Shown: in pieces, positions 36,701-51,300 of the stretch
Layout: the number at the start of each line of letters is the position of its first letter
Numbering within the stretch: the stretch's first letter is position 1
The notes under the pieces: generated by a model
The model's database searches: none
What the model saw: only the letters and a program-made list of their open reading frames with translations
What the model was told of the DNA's origin: nothing
Origin: Phoronis australis
Taxonomy: Eukaryota > Animalia > Phoronida
Direction of reading: 5' to 3'
DNA length: 64,000 bases
NCBI GenBank assembly: GCA_002633005.1
Contig: NMRA01000174.1
Location: forward strand, 265,754 to 329,753
Program-made: the position numbers and the translations under genes

Positions 36701-39700
36701 ACCTCTACTAAGCAGTTTTCTCTAAAAACTATTGTGGAGGCACAAGAAAAAAGTTTACTTAATCTAAACAAAGCACTTTTAAACAGAAAACTTACAGAAA
36801 GCGCGTATAGATTGTAGAAGTTCTTGGGTTTCTTTGGCCCAACAACAAAGCTTCTCATGTCCAGGTCAGTGAGCGGAAAGTCGACGCTGGTCGACAACTT
36901 ATCACGCCACATGCCACGGTAGTGAAACCTGAAAAACAACACCAATCTATTGGCACACATTTATTTTAGCATTTACGCCATGAATGTGAAAGCTTAACTC
37001 TGTTACTTGTGGTTTACATAGTAAACCGAATAGTAATTTGGCAGCATTTGAAACTTAATCTAAGTGAGGTAGACAATTGGTGGGCGAGTCTTGATGTAAT
37101 GTCCGACAAAACACCGCGGGAATGCTAAACAATGGATTGGAATGATATCTGGATTTGGACACTAAACGAGAGATAGAAAATGACTGAACACACTCTCGTG
37201 CGATCAGTTACAATGTTGTGTACATGTGAAAGCACATACAAATATAGTGGTTCCTAAGAACATACATACATACCAGTATAACATGCGTATAAATTACAAC
37301 ATTGTATCTGGTCACATCAGAGCATGACAGGATGTCTAATAGTTTCATTGGACAAGAGAGAGGAAACCATTCCTAACAAGGAATATATTCTGAATTTTTG
37401 ACCTCATCATATTATATTATCTTATTGCAGGCACCGCACACTCACATTTATGTGCACGTAAACATACTAACACATACACGTACCCACTCAACCACACAAA
37501 GCGTGGTCTATTGGGATTTCAACCAAAGATCTTGTGATGGAGGACCAGACAGACACACTATAACACATGACTACATCTACAGTCACATACCTTTTCAAAT
37601 GGATGAGCAAGGTGGGTGGCAGTTTCCAGATGTGAAGCACCTTCTCTGCCTCCCGTGGAACCTTGCACGACGGACAGTGCCATTTACTGCTACCGGACAT
37701 TTTCTCGCCCTTCATAAAGAGGTTTAGAGAATCCTGGAAATAATAAAAGGTGGTGGAAACTGGGAACTGCAGAGCTTAATGAAGATGAGTAAGACAGCAC
37801 CCACAATGACTGTCATCTGCACCCTGCCCCCCCCTCCCAAAAATAACTGTAGTCATCTTACGGGTTTGCTTTGCCATAAAAACCCTACAACTCTTTCAAC
37901 AGATTCTGGCAATATACAAAAAAAAGTCCTAAAATTCTGAGTAACTTATCGACAATACTCAGAGAGCAGCGGATGCTCTAAAAACTAGTTGGTAAAGCGC
38001 TTGAATACGATAAGTCTTCAAATGACATTAGTTCATCACCTGCACATTGATGAACAGGGAAATTAATGGATCCACATCAAACAACTCAAATAAGGTTATG
38101 CAGGATCTTATTGACTTGTATAAGCACAGCCAAACATTGAAAAAACAATAGAATATAACCCTATCAGTAAATGCGTATATCATCCGAAAGTCCACAGAGC
38201 CTGATGTTAAGGTTATGCAGGACCTTATTGACAGGGATGTGTATTTAGGCAAATATCTACGTAACTATAGCTTTTTAAGTGGAACTTGCACGCTAATTCC
38301 TTATCTTTGTGATTGTCTGGTCAAATTAGTCAGAAACACAATACATCGTGATGATGTGAATACAAAGTACGTTGTAAATTGCCAAATGTTTTTAATAACG
38401 AGTTTGTGTTTGCATATTTTTTTCACATTTACAAGCTGTCGATGAATAAAAACTGCACTTTGTTTAGCGTAGATGATCATCAAATAGCATTGTCCTTTAG
38501 TTCCTGCTATACATTAGCATGGTTAGGAACATGCGAATACATCCGTAATAGCATACATTTTCTGTAAGCAAAATGCACGTAGAATTTGATTGTTGACTAT
38601 TTACCAATCTGTTATTACTTGGGTCATGTGATCATCTATATTTTAACTTTACCAAAAAAGAAAGGTATTTTAAGAGCAAAACAATATCATCAATAGCATG
38701 GTATAAAGATGAAATCTCAAAAACACTGTCAGTTGCAATTTTCTAAAATATTTCGTTTTCATTTTGTGAAACTTTTTTCATGTAAATCCTATTTTTGATA
38801 GCCCAACATGCAAAAATGAAAATTTTAAAATTAATTCCTAAAAATGTTTTGAAGAACAGTGCATAAATTATTATACTATCTGAGAGTTTCATGTGACTCC
38901 AATCAGTGGTTTCTAAGATATTATGTTCCGAAGTTTACCAAATTTGGAATTTTTCTAGGGTCATTCATAACCTTAACTTATACCAATGGGCCATGTGACC
39001 ACGTCCTTTTAGTAAAATTTGGTGAAAAAAGAAAAAGTACATTCAAAGGAAAACAACGGTATCAATAACATCAACAACATATTTAAACTTTGTTAGATAT
39101 AAAAGCTCACGGTGAAATTTCAAAAATGCTGTTTTAGTTTTCAGAATTACCATCTTGTTTCCATTTCAAGCAACTTTTGATTTTCTATGAAGATCCTAAA
39201 AGTCCTATTTTTTGATAACCGTCATTTCAAAAACAATTTCTGGAACCATTTTGGAGAACAGTATATAAAGTATATCACCCAAAACTTTCATTAGATTCTG
39301 ATTAACCATTTCTGAAATATGATGTTCCGAAGTGTGTCAAATTTCTTTTTATTATAATTTCTAATATTAGTTAGCTTAACTTGGACATTTTTTCTAGAGT
39401 TCCAGATAACTTTCAACACACATACCTCATAATTTTAAGAAACTAAACGCATGATGTTCAATGACAAGCGTGTTTATTCCAACTTACTTGAAGGGTGCAC
39501 CTATTCTTGCCCGATGGCAGTGGCAGAGTAAGGTACATGAACGTATCAAACTTGACGGACCTCTTGTCACAGTGAAGGCACCGCACAACAGAGCGTAGCT
39601 GGCCCTGGAACAAGTGTTAACATCTCTGAGGGTGAAAACTGATAATCAAGGTTTCTGACATAGAACTAATACAACAATTAGCTCAGAATAGAGTCTCTAA

Positions 39701-42340
39701 ATCCAATACATGAAAGAGAGACCATTCTACATCCAGTGCACTTACTCTAACACATTGGGGAATAAATCACACAATCACACAAAAAAGTCAAGCCTTTTAC
39801 CCGAAGTCGGGAAAATTTATGAATACAGGTCATCATCCTTAGAACCAGCTTAGACTGGAAAAGGAAGTAACACAGCTCAGTGCTTTTAGTCAGTTATTGT
39901 GACATTTATTAAATATTTTAATTAACAAATTCCAAGGTCTTGCCTGTAAATCACGTGTTTAGGGGAAAAAGACAAGTTGAAAGTCTAAAATTATTGACGC
40001 CAGTACCAGTTCTGATAAAACTAAGAAACAAATATGTGGTAAATAAACTGGTGACAAGTTCAAAAAACTTCTCAACTAAATACTCTCATCTTACCTGGAA
40101 CATCTCCACAATAACAGACTGGTTGAGAAGTTTGTGATGTTCCCATGACAACTCAGCAGCTTTCTGCATGCCTAGTTTATCTGTATCAATCTCAGGAAGT
40201 CTCTGCCGTATTTTAACCTAGTATTACAAGTCTTGGAATCAGTGAAATCGCCACAATTTTAATAGATGAATGGTCAATAACTTACTAAAGAACATTATTC
40301 TTCGTTAAGACTTGGCTATACAAGAGGACGCATGGACTTCAATAGGAGGGACGAACCTTGAGATGGGAAGTACAGTCCCCAAAATGGGAAGTAGGGACTA
40401 AAGAATGTGAAATGAGGACTGAAGAATGGGAAGGACGAGAAAATGTTTAGTAAGGACCTACAAATGGGAAGTAAGGACCTACGAATGGGAAGAAAGGACC
40501 TACGAATGGGAAGTAAGGACCTACAAATGGGAAGTAAGGACCTACAAATAGGAAGTACAGACCTACAAATGGGAAGTAAGGACCTACAAATGGGAAGTAA
40601 GGACCTATGAATGGAAAGTAGGGACCTACAAATGGGAAGTAAGGACCAAAAATGGGAAGTAAGGACCTACGAATGGGAAGTAAGGACCTTCAAATGGAAA
40701 GTAAGGACCTTCGAATGGGAAGTAAAGACCTACAAATGGGAAGTAAGGACCTACAAATAGGAAGTAAGGACTTACAAATAGGAAGTACGGACCTACAAAT
40801 GGGAAGTAAGGACCTACAAATGGGAAGTAAGGATCTATGAATGGAAAGTAGGGACCTACAAATGGGAAGAAAGGACCAAAAATGGGATGTAAACATCAAA
40901 AAATGGAAAGGACAAAAATGGGAAGGATAGACCTAAAATGAGGACAGACAAGAAATGGGAAGTACAAGGTAGTGATGGCAATCCATGGTTCATATTGAAC
41001 AACCAAGCTTGTTTGTACATCATAAAATAACAGCTAACGTTAAAATCTCAGCAGCAGCTTATTAACATAACAGGTAAAGACTCCAAAAAGAGAACACTCG
41101 TCAAGGTTATTTCTTATCAATAAACCACATTTGATAAATCACACTTTTGATTTATAAATCATATTTTGATCAATCAATCAATCATATTTTGATCAATAAA
41201 TCATATTTTTGATCAATACATCATGTTTTTAATTAATAACTCAGGTTTCTGATTAAAACACATGCTGAGGAAACTTTCCAAGAACAAAAACAAAACTTGT
41301 GAACATTTAACACAGTGACTGTCATTATTTCAATAAATAAACCCCATCAAATTACCTTTAGTCCATGTTAATAACAAAATTTTAGAAATTAAACAAACCG
41401 AATCAATGTTTTAAGCTGGAAAGCATAGTTCAGATGTAAACAACACAGAATGAAAACGGTGACATGTTGAACAGTCAGACCTTGTTCAAGTCCTCGTGTA
41501 GACCGTCTAGAAGAAACATCAGAAACTCTTGGGAGTCTTGCTGTTCAGANNNNNNNNNNNNNNNNNNNNNNNNNNNNNNNNNNNNNNNNNNNNNNNNNNN
41601 NNNNNNNNNNNNNNNNNNNNNNNNNNNNNNNNNNNNNNNNNNNNNNNNNNNNNNNNNNNNNNNNNNNNNNNNNNNNNNNNNNNNNNNNNNNNNNNNNNNN
41701 NNNNNNNNNNNNNNNNNNNNNNNNNNNNNNNNNNNNNNNNNNNNNNNNNNNNNNNNNNNNNNNNNNNNNNNNNNNNNNNNNNNNNNNNNNNNNNNNNNNN
41801 NNNNNNNNNNNNNNNNNNNNNNNNNNNNNNNNNNNNNNNNNNNNNNNNNNNNNNNNNNNNNNNNNNNNNNAAGTAAGGACCTTCGAATGGGAAGTAAAGA
41901 CCTACAAATGGGAAGCAAGGACCTACAAATAGGAAGTAAGGACTTACAAATAGGAAGTACGGAACTACAAATGGGAAGTAAGGACCTACAAATGGGAAGT
42001 AAGGACCTATGAATGGAAAGTAGGGACCTACAAATGGGAAGTAAGGACCAAATCTGGGATGTAAAGATCAAAAAAATGGAAAGGACAAAAATGGGAAGGA
42101 TAGACCTAAAATGAGGACAGACAAGAAATGGGAAGTACAATGTAGTGATGGCAATCCATGGTTCATATTGAAAAACCAAGCTTGTTTGTACATCACAAAA
42201 TAACAGCTAACGTTTAAATCTCAGCAGCAGCTGATTAACATAACAGGTAAAGACTCCAAAAAGAGAACACTTGTCAAGGTTATTGCTTATCAATAAACCA
42301 CATTTGATAAATCACACTTTTGATATATAAATAATATTTT

Positions 42341-42378
<38 letters not shown>

Positions 42379-45300
42379 ATTTTGATCAATAATTCATATT
42401 TTTTATCAATACATCATGTTTTTCATTAATAACTCAGGTTTCTGATTAACAACACATGCTGAGGAAACTTTCCAAGAACAAAAACAAAACTTGTGAACAT
42501 TTAACACAGTGACTGTCATTATTTCAATAAATAAACCCAATCAAATTACCTTTAGTCCATGTTAATAACAAAATTTTAGAAATTAAACAAACCGAATCAA
42601 TGTTTTAAGCTGGAAAGCATAGTTCAGATGGAAACAACACAGAATGAAAACGGTGACATGTTGAACAGTCAGACCTTGTTCAAGTCCTCGTGTAGACCGT
42701 CTAGAAGAAACATCAGAAACTCTTGGGAGTCTTGCTGTTCAGATGTGGCAAACCGGTCATTATACTTAGCCACTACATACTGGAAAAGACAAGATGAACT
42801 TCATTAGGATGCAAAATTAGATCACTCGAATGCCCAAGGATTTCTGAAAAACTGCGGAAGGTTCATTTTTTTAATACCGGTATGCACAATTATTTCAACT
42901 AAGAGTCCCGACAGAACAATTTGTCAGAAGTCAATGATGGAAGCACTTTTCTCAACTGTATATTTTCAACAACTTAATCACAAAAGGGCGACAGTGCAAC
43001 AAGTACAAATTATTCTATTATGCCTTGTTCACTCAAACAAGAGCTAGACTTTTTGAGAAGCAAGCCAGTGGTCACAATCAAACCTTCATGTATAAACACC
43101 AGAGTAAAGAGCTTTGCTTTAGACAAGAAGATTTGACCGAGAAACACTCTGGGCACTTCACAACTTTGTATCATTCAATGACCATTCCAGTCAACAACAA
43201 GCAGTGCTGAAAATTTGATTAAGATCTTTGTACGCTGTTGAGTGGTCCAAGCAGGTGATTGTTCGCGATGACAAAGAACGCACACACACCAAGCCACCAC
43301 CATGCTTATAAGTGGGACTACTTTCATCCACCAGGAGTCAGGGTGGCTAAGGTCTTATCAATGGTCAGAGCAATTACCAAACAAAAGGCCAGGTGGCTTG
43401 GGGTCATAAGCGATATAAGGATGAGGGTCAGTCCTACATTGTTGAAACAGCTACATGTTGAACAAGAGAAATTTGTAATGAGACTAGATAAAGAGTACTA
43501 AGGTAGAAGAGGTACATGCCAGCAACGAAATACCAACCTTCAAACTTCCTGGTGTCACTGAGTGATACTGGCCGCTCCACAGGATGTAGAGCAGATATCC
43601 AAACTCGTCCGCAATCTCACCTTTGTGCCCCAAAAAATTCTCCCTGACAAGGAAGCAAGAATGTGGGTATATAATCAAAATCACCCTCACAGAGAATTGT
43701 AACTCTGCTACAGCTGTACATTTCACACACAAGAGTTACAACAACATCGAAGTGAACAGTCACTACGGCACACAGCATGGTTTGTACAGTGCAACTGTTA
43801 CCAAACCAACTTTTGCATAAAGTTGCACTTGCATACATGCAGCAAGCATTTAAAAACTGCAACTAAGCAATAGGTATTGCCTGGAATACCAGTGAAACAT
43901 TGTATGACAATGGTTATCAGTAGATGGCGATATAGTATTTTGCAGACAAATCCTCAGTGCCATCAACAATTTTCCTTGTTTATGGATAATGTAGATTTAA
44001 AGCAGTGGGAATTCACAGATGCTTTCTGTAACTTTTTGCAATTATCCATGCTTTCAAATTACCACTATTGTCAAATGTGATGTTCAGAAATAACCAACAT
44101 CACAAAATGCCTATGGATGACAAAAGAATAATGTTTGTTTTCATCAACTCAGCCCATTGTGCCTTATGAGATTGGATCAAGTGGTGTCACTTTGTAATTC
44201 CATAAGGCCAAAGAAATGAAAGTAAGATATTTGCTATTGCCTTGGTCCCAAACTTCTGAATTTTTATTGTAATCAATAAACAAGGCCCTACCTGTTGATG
44301 TCCCGCTTGTAATCTCCCGTCGTAAAGTAGAAAGCGATGGCCGCAGTGTTACTGAGGCATTGGACCACGGAGTTAAGATAGCACGTGTTACCCATGTTAC
44401 GTAGACCAGTTAAGCCATGACCCTGCAATGACCATTAAAAGTTACTGTAGGACTGAATGGACACAATTTATTTCTTTGAGTATGCATGTTTTTAAGCAAA
44501 TATACTTTACATGTCTGCATGTTACAGGTTGCATTTTTCCAACTAATATGAAACCTGCACACAATAAATTAATCCTTTTGGTTCTCAGAAATATTATAAT
44601 GATAAAGATATATTTGGAACTCAAAAGTTGGCTGTCCTGGAATACACAAGGACATTCGAATCTTGCTGTATTTACCCACAATGACAGAATATGCGTCAAA
44701 CACTATTGTAGCCACTAATTTTTGCACCATTGAGGTTCCACACGTTCTTTGTTGTCGTATTCTTTAAGTTTTTCTTGTCTGTATTACTTTATTCATTCTT
44801 CCAATGCCAACAAAGTATTACTGCTGTGCTATGACTGGGAACTGTGACAGGAAAATGTTGGATAAACTTTACAAAACGGTGGATGCTCGATGTTAAGATC
44901 TGCGTCTTCCCAACATCGATCAAAGACAGAAAAAATGCGGAGCGAGTGGATAAATCAAGTGCACACAAACCCGTTTCTTGAAAATACCTTCACAGTTCCA
45001 GTATTTTAAAATTGGTTGACATCAGGAATATTTCCACGGCCATACACCTCAATGGTTTCTGATATGACCTGAGAAATAATGTGCTTGACATTCCAAAACC
45101 AGGACACTGAAAACAAGGCGCTTTCTTACCTCAGGGACTAAAGAAAGTTCTAATGCCGTGTAATCTAAGACAGCCCTATTGTAAACAAACTCCCTGAGAT
45201 TACCACAGCCCATGGGTGATTGCAGGTACTATCTAATTTCAGTCAGCTTCGTTCAATTTTATGACTGGACGCAGTCACAACGTGGAAGTGGTGATTTTAG

Positions 45301-48300
45301 AGAAAACAAAGAAGTTTAAGAGAACCGACACGTAATATGGTGTTGTTTTGAACAGCTAGAATGATCTAATGTGCATCTTGTCAAAACTAAAATCTTCCAA
45401 AAAGGAGTTTGTTTTATACCGTAATGCAGAGTCACCACACTGTAGCAATAACCTGGACAAAATGTTGCTTACCCTAGCCCTAACCTTTCGGCTCTCCGTA
45501 TGGCCCGCCCTAGATTTGACCATTTAAAAGTTTCATTCAACTCAGAAATATTTCACTCAAATCTGTGATGAAATTATGACATAATGCTGACAAAATCAAC
45601 ACCAGTCTGTGTATAGAGCATGTTCACACTCTCAAAGTCAAAGTCAGTAAGACATTACAAACAGAAGTTGTAATCATTCACACACAACATGACCATGAAC
45701 TATTAACACAAGTTTTACACTAATTGAACAAGAACTGTTGAGGGAAAAAACACTCGTTTGCATATTCTAGATAGATATTGTGAGTGAGTACATTACTCAA
45801 AACTAAACTTCAAATATTTTAAGTAATCATTACATAAACCAAGAAGAACACAAACCTGATGTGGAACCCTACAGACCGATATGTACTCCCTACGCCAAGC
45901 ACTAGTAAAAACTCCACCACCGACCCAGCTTCTCTGTGTGCTAGCAGCCATCAGTACAATTCATTACAGTATACCAGGCTAAATCTGTGTCTATTCAATG
46001 AAATGTGCCTGACAAAAGTCACCTTGTTGACAACATGCAAGAGACAAGTGTCAATTATCTTTTGTTGACTAATTTACACATACACTATAAATAGATTTTG
46101 ACTGGGGTTGTGAGTCACCAAACAATTTACTGATTCCTGCTGAGTGTCTCTATGCTGTTTAAATGTCAGTTAGAGATGTGCACATGCTGAGTTGACTGTT
46201 GCAATTACCTCAATTTTATATTCCATAATACTTTATCATTCCAATGAACTGCTAGCTTTGTTCAGCATAATACCCAGTGATGAGCTGAGCATTGTTCAAC
46301 ACACTAAGTGACCAATGCACTGAATTACATGCTGAGAGGCCCCTTCAATCAAAGAGTCTGATCATCTCCTTTGGTGTCAGCTAAGACAAACATAACTTTG
46401 TTTTCAAGTAGCATTCAGTTCATTAACACCCAATATGAAAACTGGTCATTTTAAGTCAGATGTAACATTTAATTCTAATAAAAACCGGAGTGTCAGGTTT
46501 GCTGAAAAACATGCCGCAACCTTGGCATGCAAACAATAAAATGGGCCCACGATTCCCAAGGAGTGATGACCACAATTTCTCCCCAATGATGCCTCCAAAA
46601 TACCTCACATATGGTATAGTTTGTAATAAGTTGCAATTTACAAAATGTTTCAATACAATATTCCATGTTCGGACATATATGTGAAAAATAAGCTATTAAG
46701 CTAATTTTTCCAAGTCCAGTTATATAAAGAGGATACCCACTTGGCTTAGTTAAGTACTTGTTGGTGGTACTTTTGATAGTCATCTATGATAACTCTATAC
46801 ACAGATCCCTTGAGCAACTTTTTCATAATTTCAAATGATAATTTTCATAATGTGTTTATCCAACCTGAAATTATAAGGGATATGGCTGGGGATGGGTAGA
46901 CCAAACTAAAAACATACAAATATGTCAAAAACGCTGGTCCTCTCATATGAATTCTTTTTGTAACTAGTATGACTGTCGTATGGTCCTATGAACTAAATGC
47001 AGGACAACAATAAAATGCTAAAAGCACTTGTTTCACTCGATTTCTGAACTGTCACCATTTTGTTACATACACACAAGAGCAACCAGCTATTTACCTGTAC
47101 TTTTTCAATTATCGACAATAAACAATATTTCAAGTATGATAAATGCAGTGGTGTGTCAAAGGACACTTTTTCAACATCTGATTTAAATTAAACGGAACAT
47201 ACCAAGCCACCATAGACTGGATTCAGAACCCTTAATTTGGCTGCGGTGGGTTCGGCAAACACTGGCCTTGTGTGGGGTTCAGCTGGCTGAGTGCGTCTGA
47301 AATATAGCAACAAAATAATGGATACCGAAGGTAGGACACAGCACAAACAAATCAAGAATTGAATATCGTATTGTTTCCAAAAAAAAAACAGCTAAGTGCA
47401 CCGATTATTTGGCACATGTTGCATATGTGCCAAAAGTATACGGAAAATATAAAGACGAAAGGCTGTCCGTTAAAGAATACTGTCCTGACAGTTGGAGTTG
47501 TGTTGACTAAACGCACAATTATGTTTCGTGGGTTTTCAGAATGCTTTATTAAATGTATGCCATACGTGGATCTCAAGTTTCTGAGACATTCTAAAAACGT
47601 CATGTTACATATAAGCTAATCTCAGCAATATGCAATTGCTCTCAAATTCATGGTTATGTACTCCAAAAGAGGAATGCCACCAGAGTTATAGTGTTAGCTA
47701 CAGTTACCTTTCGCTAGGTTTAACAGCCCTGTTCACTTTAGGCATCCTATTCTCCTTCTCTTCATCAATAAGTTTTGCAATGTTAGGCGTGGAGTTGGAC
47801 CGCTTAAGGCCACTTGAACGTGGTACGTTACTTTCATCCTTCAACTTTGTTTTATATGACCGTGGTTCTAATAGAAACGAGATGGGACTGTATTAATATC
47901 TGTACCGCTACAGGTTGAGGAATCGATACAGAGGCAAACATAAAAAACTAAAATTACCACTAGGGGGCACACCGGTTGTCGTATCCATCTGAAAATTTGC
48001 TTGACTTTGCCATCCTATATACGATAGGAATGTGTTGGCAAAATTTCACGAATATCCATCTAAGGTTTTGGAGATACAGCAGAGGATGCTGGACATCAGA
48101 CGCCAGATAGATGGAAGGATTGAGATGATGTCATAATGCGTCCACAAACACAAAAACACCCAATCCCAGCCACTCACGCACGCACGCACGCACACACACA
48201 CACACACACACGCACGCACACGCACACACACGCACACGCACACACACAAACACACACATATGTAGACAGTCATATAAAAACAATATGCTATTACCACAAA

Positions 48301-51300
48301 ATGGGATACCATATCAAAACTGTGCTTTTCTTCAGAAATTAACACATTTTCACAATATGTTTACTCTGTACAAGGGTTCTCATTCATTCTCTTTCATCGA
48401 CCCAATCCCAAGTAGCAAGACTGTGCCCAGAGGAGTAGAGCACACCTCTGGCAGTGCTCAGTTGCCTGCCAGTATAGCTAGGCCTTTAACCATGGGTGGA
48501 ATCACATGAGTGAACTTAACTCTACCATTTGGAAATCAAGAAACCACAACTCTGAATACAAGTTGTGATGCTTTGGTTGTGACAAAACAGACTTACTCAA
48601 GAGCAAGAAGCAGAAACAGAAATAAAATCAATCATTTAGATGTAAAGAATGAAAATTTGATACCAAAACCATGCGCCCCGGGTCAATACATGGCTGTAAA
48701 ATGTGCTACCTTCAAATAAAATGTAAGGACTGATCCATCAGAAAATAAAGAAATGCATGATTTTAAATTAGGACTAATCTAATGTTCACAAACAATAACA
48801 TCCTAAGCACATTTTATCCTTCCAAATGCACTTCAACAATTTTGTGCAATAGAGGGAGGCGCGTGTATTGTGAATCTTGCGCCCATCACAATGAAGTGGC
48901 GCCAATGATACCAAAACGCACTCAAATTTCAACGCTGGTCCCAACCACAAAATAAGTGCTCGGTAACAAGAATTACAAAGTCGTGCTGGTTACTAACCAC
49001 GTGCTGTTGATGGAACAGCTCTCGACTCGGCGGTGAAACTGATGCCAGGTGGCGCTGGTGTTACCTTTGTGACCTGAGCGGGCATTGTCCAGTGTGTTGT
49101 GCCTGTGTTGTGGTCAATGTAGAAGTATCGGCCCGTCTTCTCATCGTACTTCTTTTGCCACCCACTGGGCAGCTGCTCCAGTGATACGCGAGCCTGAGAA
49201 ATAGATCACAGCAGGTATTACACGATCAGCTACTAAAGTTTACGAAAGCTTGTATTGTATATGCATGTGCAACCATATGCTAAGTTTTAGAAAATTCTGT
49301 CCTTTAGATTGCATAGACACATACTAAAGAAATTGGTGCCATATTAAAGAACTTTCATTTCTAAAAGCTATTTATCTATTTATACCAACCTCTGGAAGAT
49401 GCCACAGCACTCGGAAGGCAGTAAAGAACCTTGTGATAAAGAGCCTCTCGAACATACGGTAGGGATGAACTAAGCTTAGAAGGAACTTATGCCTAGTTCT
49501 AGGAAAACAAAACTTTTCTTCTTACTAACACAGGCATATAATGAACGTCCAAAAGCCACATTGTTGAAACAGTGCCATTTTTTATGCCCAAGTGCTAGGC
49601 AATTATGCCACTTGCTGAAAGTTACATAGGTGTAAAAACTCAATATGCTTAGTTTAGAAAAATAACCTAAATTCTTCTGAGCAGGAGGCAGTCTCAATAC
49701 TGAACTAATAACTACCACAATTTATTCAGCCCTATTTTGTTTCCCCAACCTGGTAGAAATGTTAGCCGCAGCATGGCTGCCACGTCAGAGGCTAACACGG
49801 CAGATCTTTATTTTGCCAAAGTTTTTGCACATTGATACACAAATAAAAGACTGAATCGAGTATGTGAACAATCATATATTTGGTACACTCAGAAGTTTTA
49901 GGCAACTTTCATCATCAGGAAACAAGCACCACTTAAAAGTTAAAACATACAAGGTAACTGATCAACCAGTCAACATTACTAAGCAGTTTTGCACTTACCC
50001 GCTTTTCTTCCTCTTTCTTTGCCTTCTCTCTTGCTTCAGCCTCCACTCTCACCTTCTCTCTTGCCTCAGCCTCCACTCTCACCTTCTCTCTTGCCTCAGC
50101 CTCCAGTCTCGCCTTCTCTCTCGCCTCAGCCTCCAGTCTCGCCTTCTCTCTTGCCTCAGCCTCCAGTCTCGCCTTCTCTGCTGCTTCTCGCTCCATGGTT
50201 TCCTTGCGTGCCTTCTCTTTCGCTTGCGCCACTGCTGCTAATCTTTCCCTCTCCTTTGTCTCTGCAGCTTGACGTGCTTTTTCTTTTGCTTCTTCAGCTA
50301 AACGTGCCTTTTCCTTAGCTTCTTCTGCTAATCTCTCCTTTTCCTTTGCCTCTTCGGCCATTCTCACCTTTTCCCGTTCCTCAGCCTCCAGTTTCCTTCG
50401 TTCTTCATCCAGACGTTTCTGCTCCTGTTGTTCATGTCTGGCCTTGTCGTCTGCTTCCTCCTTAAGTTGCCGCTGTTCCTCCAATTCTCTTTCCACCCTA
50501 GCTTTTTCCTCTACATCCGCTTGTTGTTTTCTATCAAAATAAACACTAGGGCTACATATTGCACATTACATTATTTATTGTAAATAATTCTTCAAACTGA
50601 GAGATCAAATGAAGAAAAAAACTTTGCTTTAAGCAGGGATTACAGTAAAAACACACATCTCCTAAAATAAGATATAACTGCAACTTCACAATTCAACAAG
50701 ATAGCATTCAGCAGTTAAGACTTCCAAATGGACTCCCATAGCGTAACAACAAATAATCAGCAGTGAAAAAAGTATGCAACAGAACACTCTCGCATCATTC
50801 ACCAGCGACACAGAAAGAACCTCTACACTCTTGCCCCACCCAGCGCTCTACAATTACCTTTTTCTATCTTCTTCTTGCCTAAGTCTCTCAGTTTCCTGAT
50901 CAGCTTTCTTCTTTGCCTCCTCATTCAGTTTTCTCTCTACCTCAAGAGCTGCTAACCTAATATTCTCTTCTTTTTCTTTCTCCAGTCTGTTCCGTGCGTC
51001 CTGTTCAACCAATAAATAAGTCAATGTATTTTACAAGACGTCTTATGCACGAATACTGAGTTGTCAGAAATCTGTCCTCCATGCCACCTGTTCACCAGCA
51101 ATTTCACCTCAGCCCGGGGTCTAATATTTGTATTCGAAGTCAAACTCAAGTTAATTTTGGTATTTCCCTGCAACTTTTGTTCTAACTCGAGATAAGTGTC
51201 AGTTTGTGCTCTAGTACATTAAGGTTTATGCATTTAAGATTCTAGTCCAAGTTTGCACTTGATGACCCCTAGATTCTAACTCAAGTAAATATAGTCAAGA

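Noticed and set aside
41481-41549. Second copy of USP8 exon 17 suggesting exon duplication
   Set aside because: It abuts an N gap within a near-identical duplicated block; best explained as an uncollapsed haplotype.
40360-42179. MGSKDLQ / RSLLPIC repeat ORFs and a CRISPR-like look
   Set aside because: A 21-bp head-to-tail minisatellite with no unique spacers, inside a USP8 intron; the long ORFs run through Ns.
46275-46340. Possible intronic C/D snoRNA (GTGATGA ... CTGA)
   Set aside because: No terminal stem or recognisable rRNA guide.
49060-49066. Alternative donor AAG|GTAACA in the WW exon
   Set aside because: It is phase 0 while the next exon needs phase 1; the 48998 donor keeps the frame.
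49864-50318. Plus-strand Leu/Ser/Pro repeat ORFs
   Set aside because: Antisense shadows of the USP8 charged-repeat exon.
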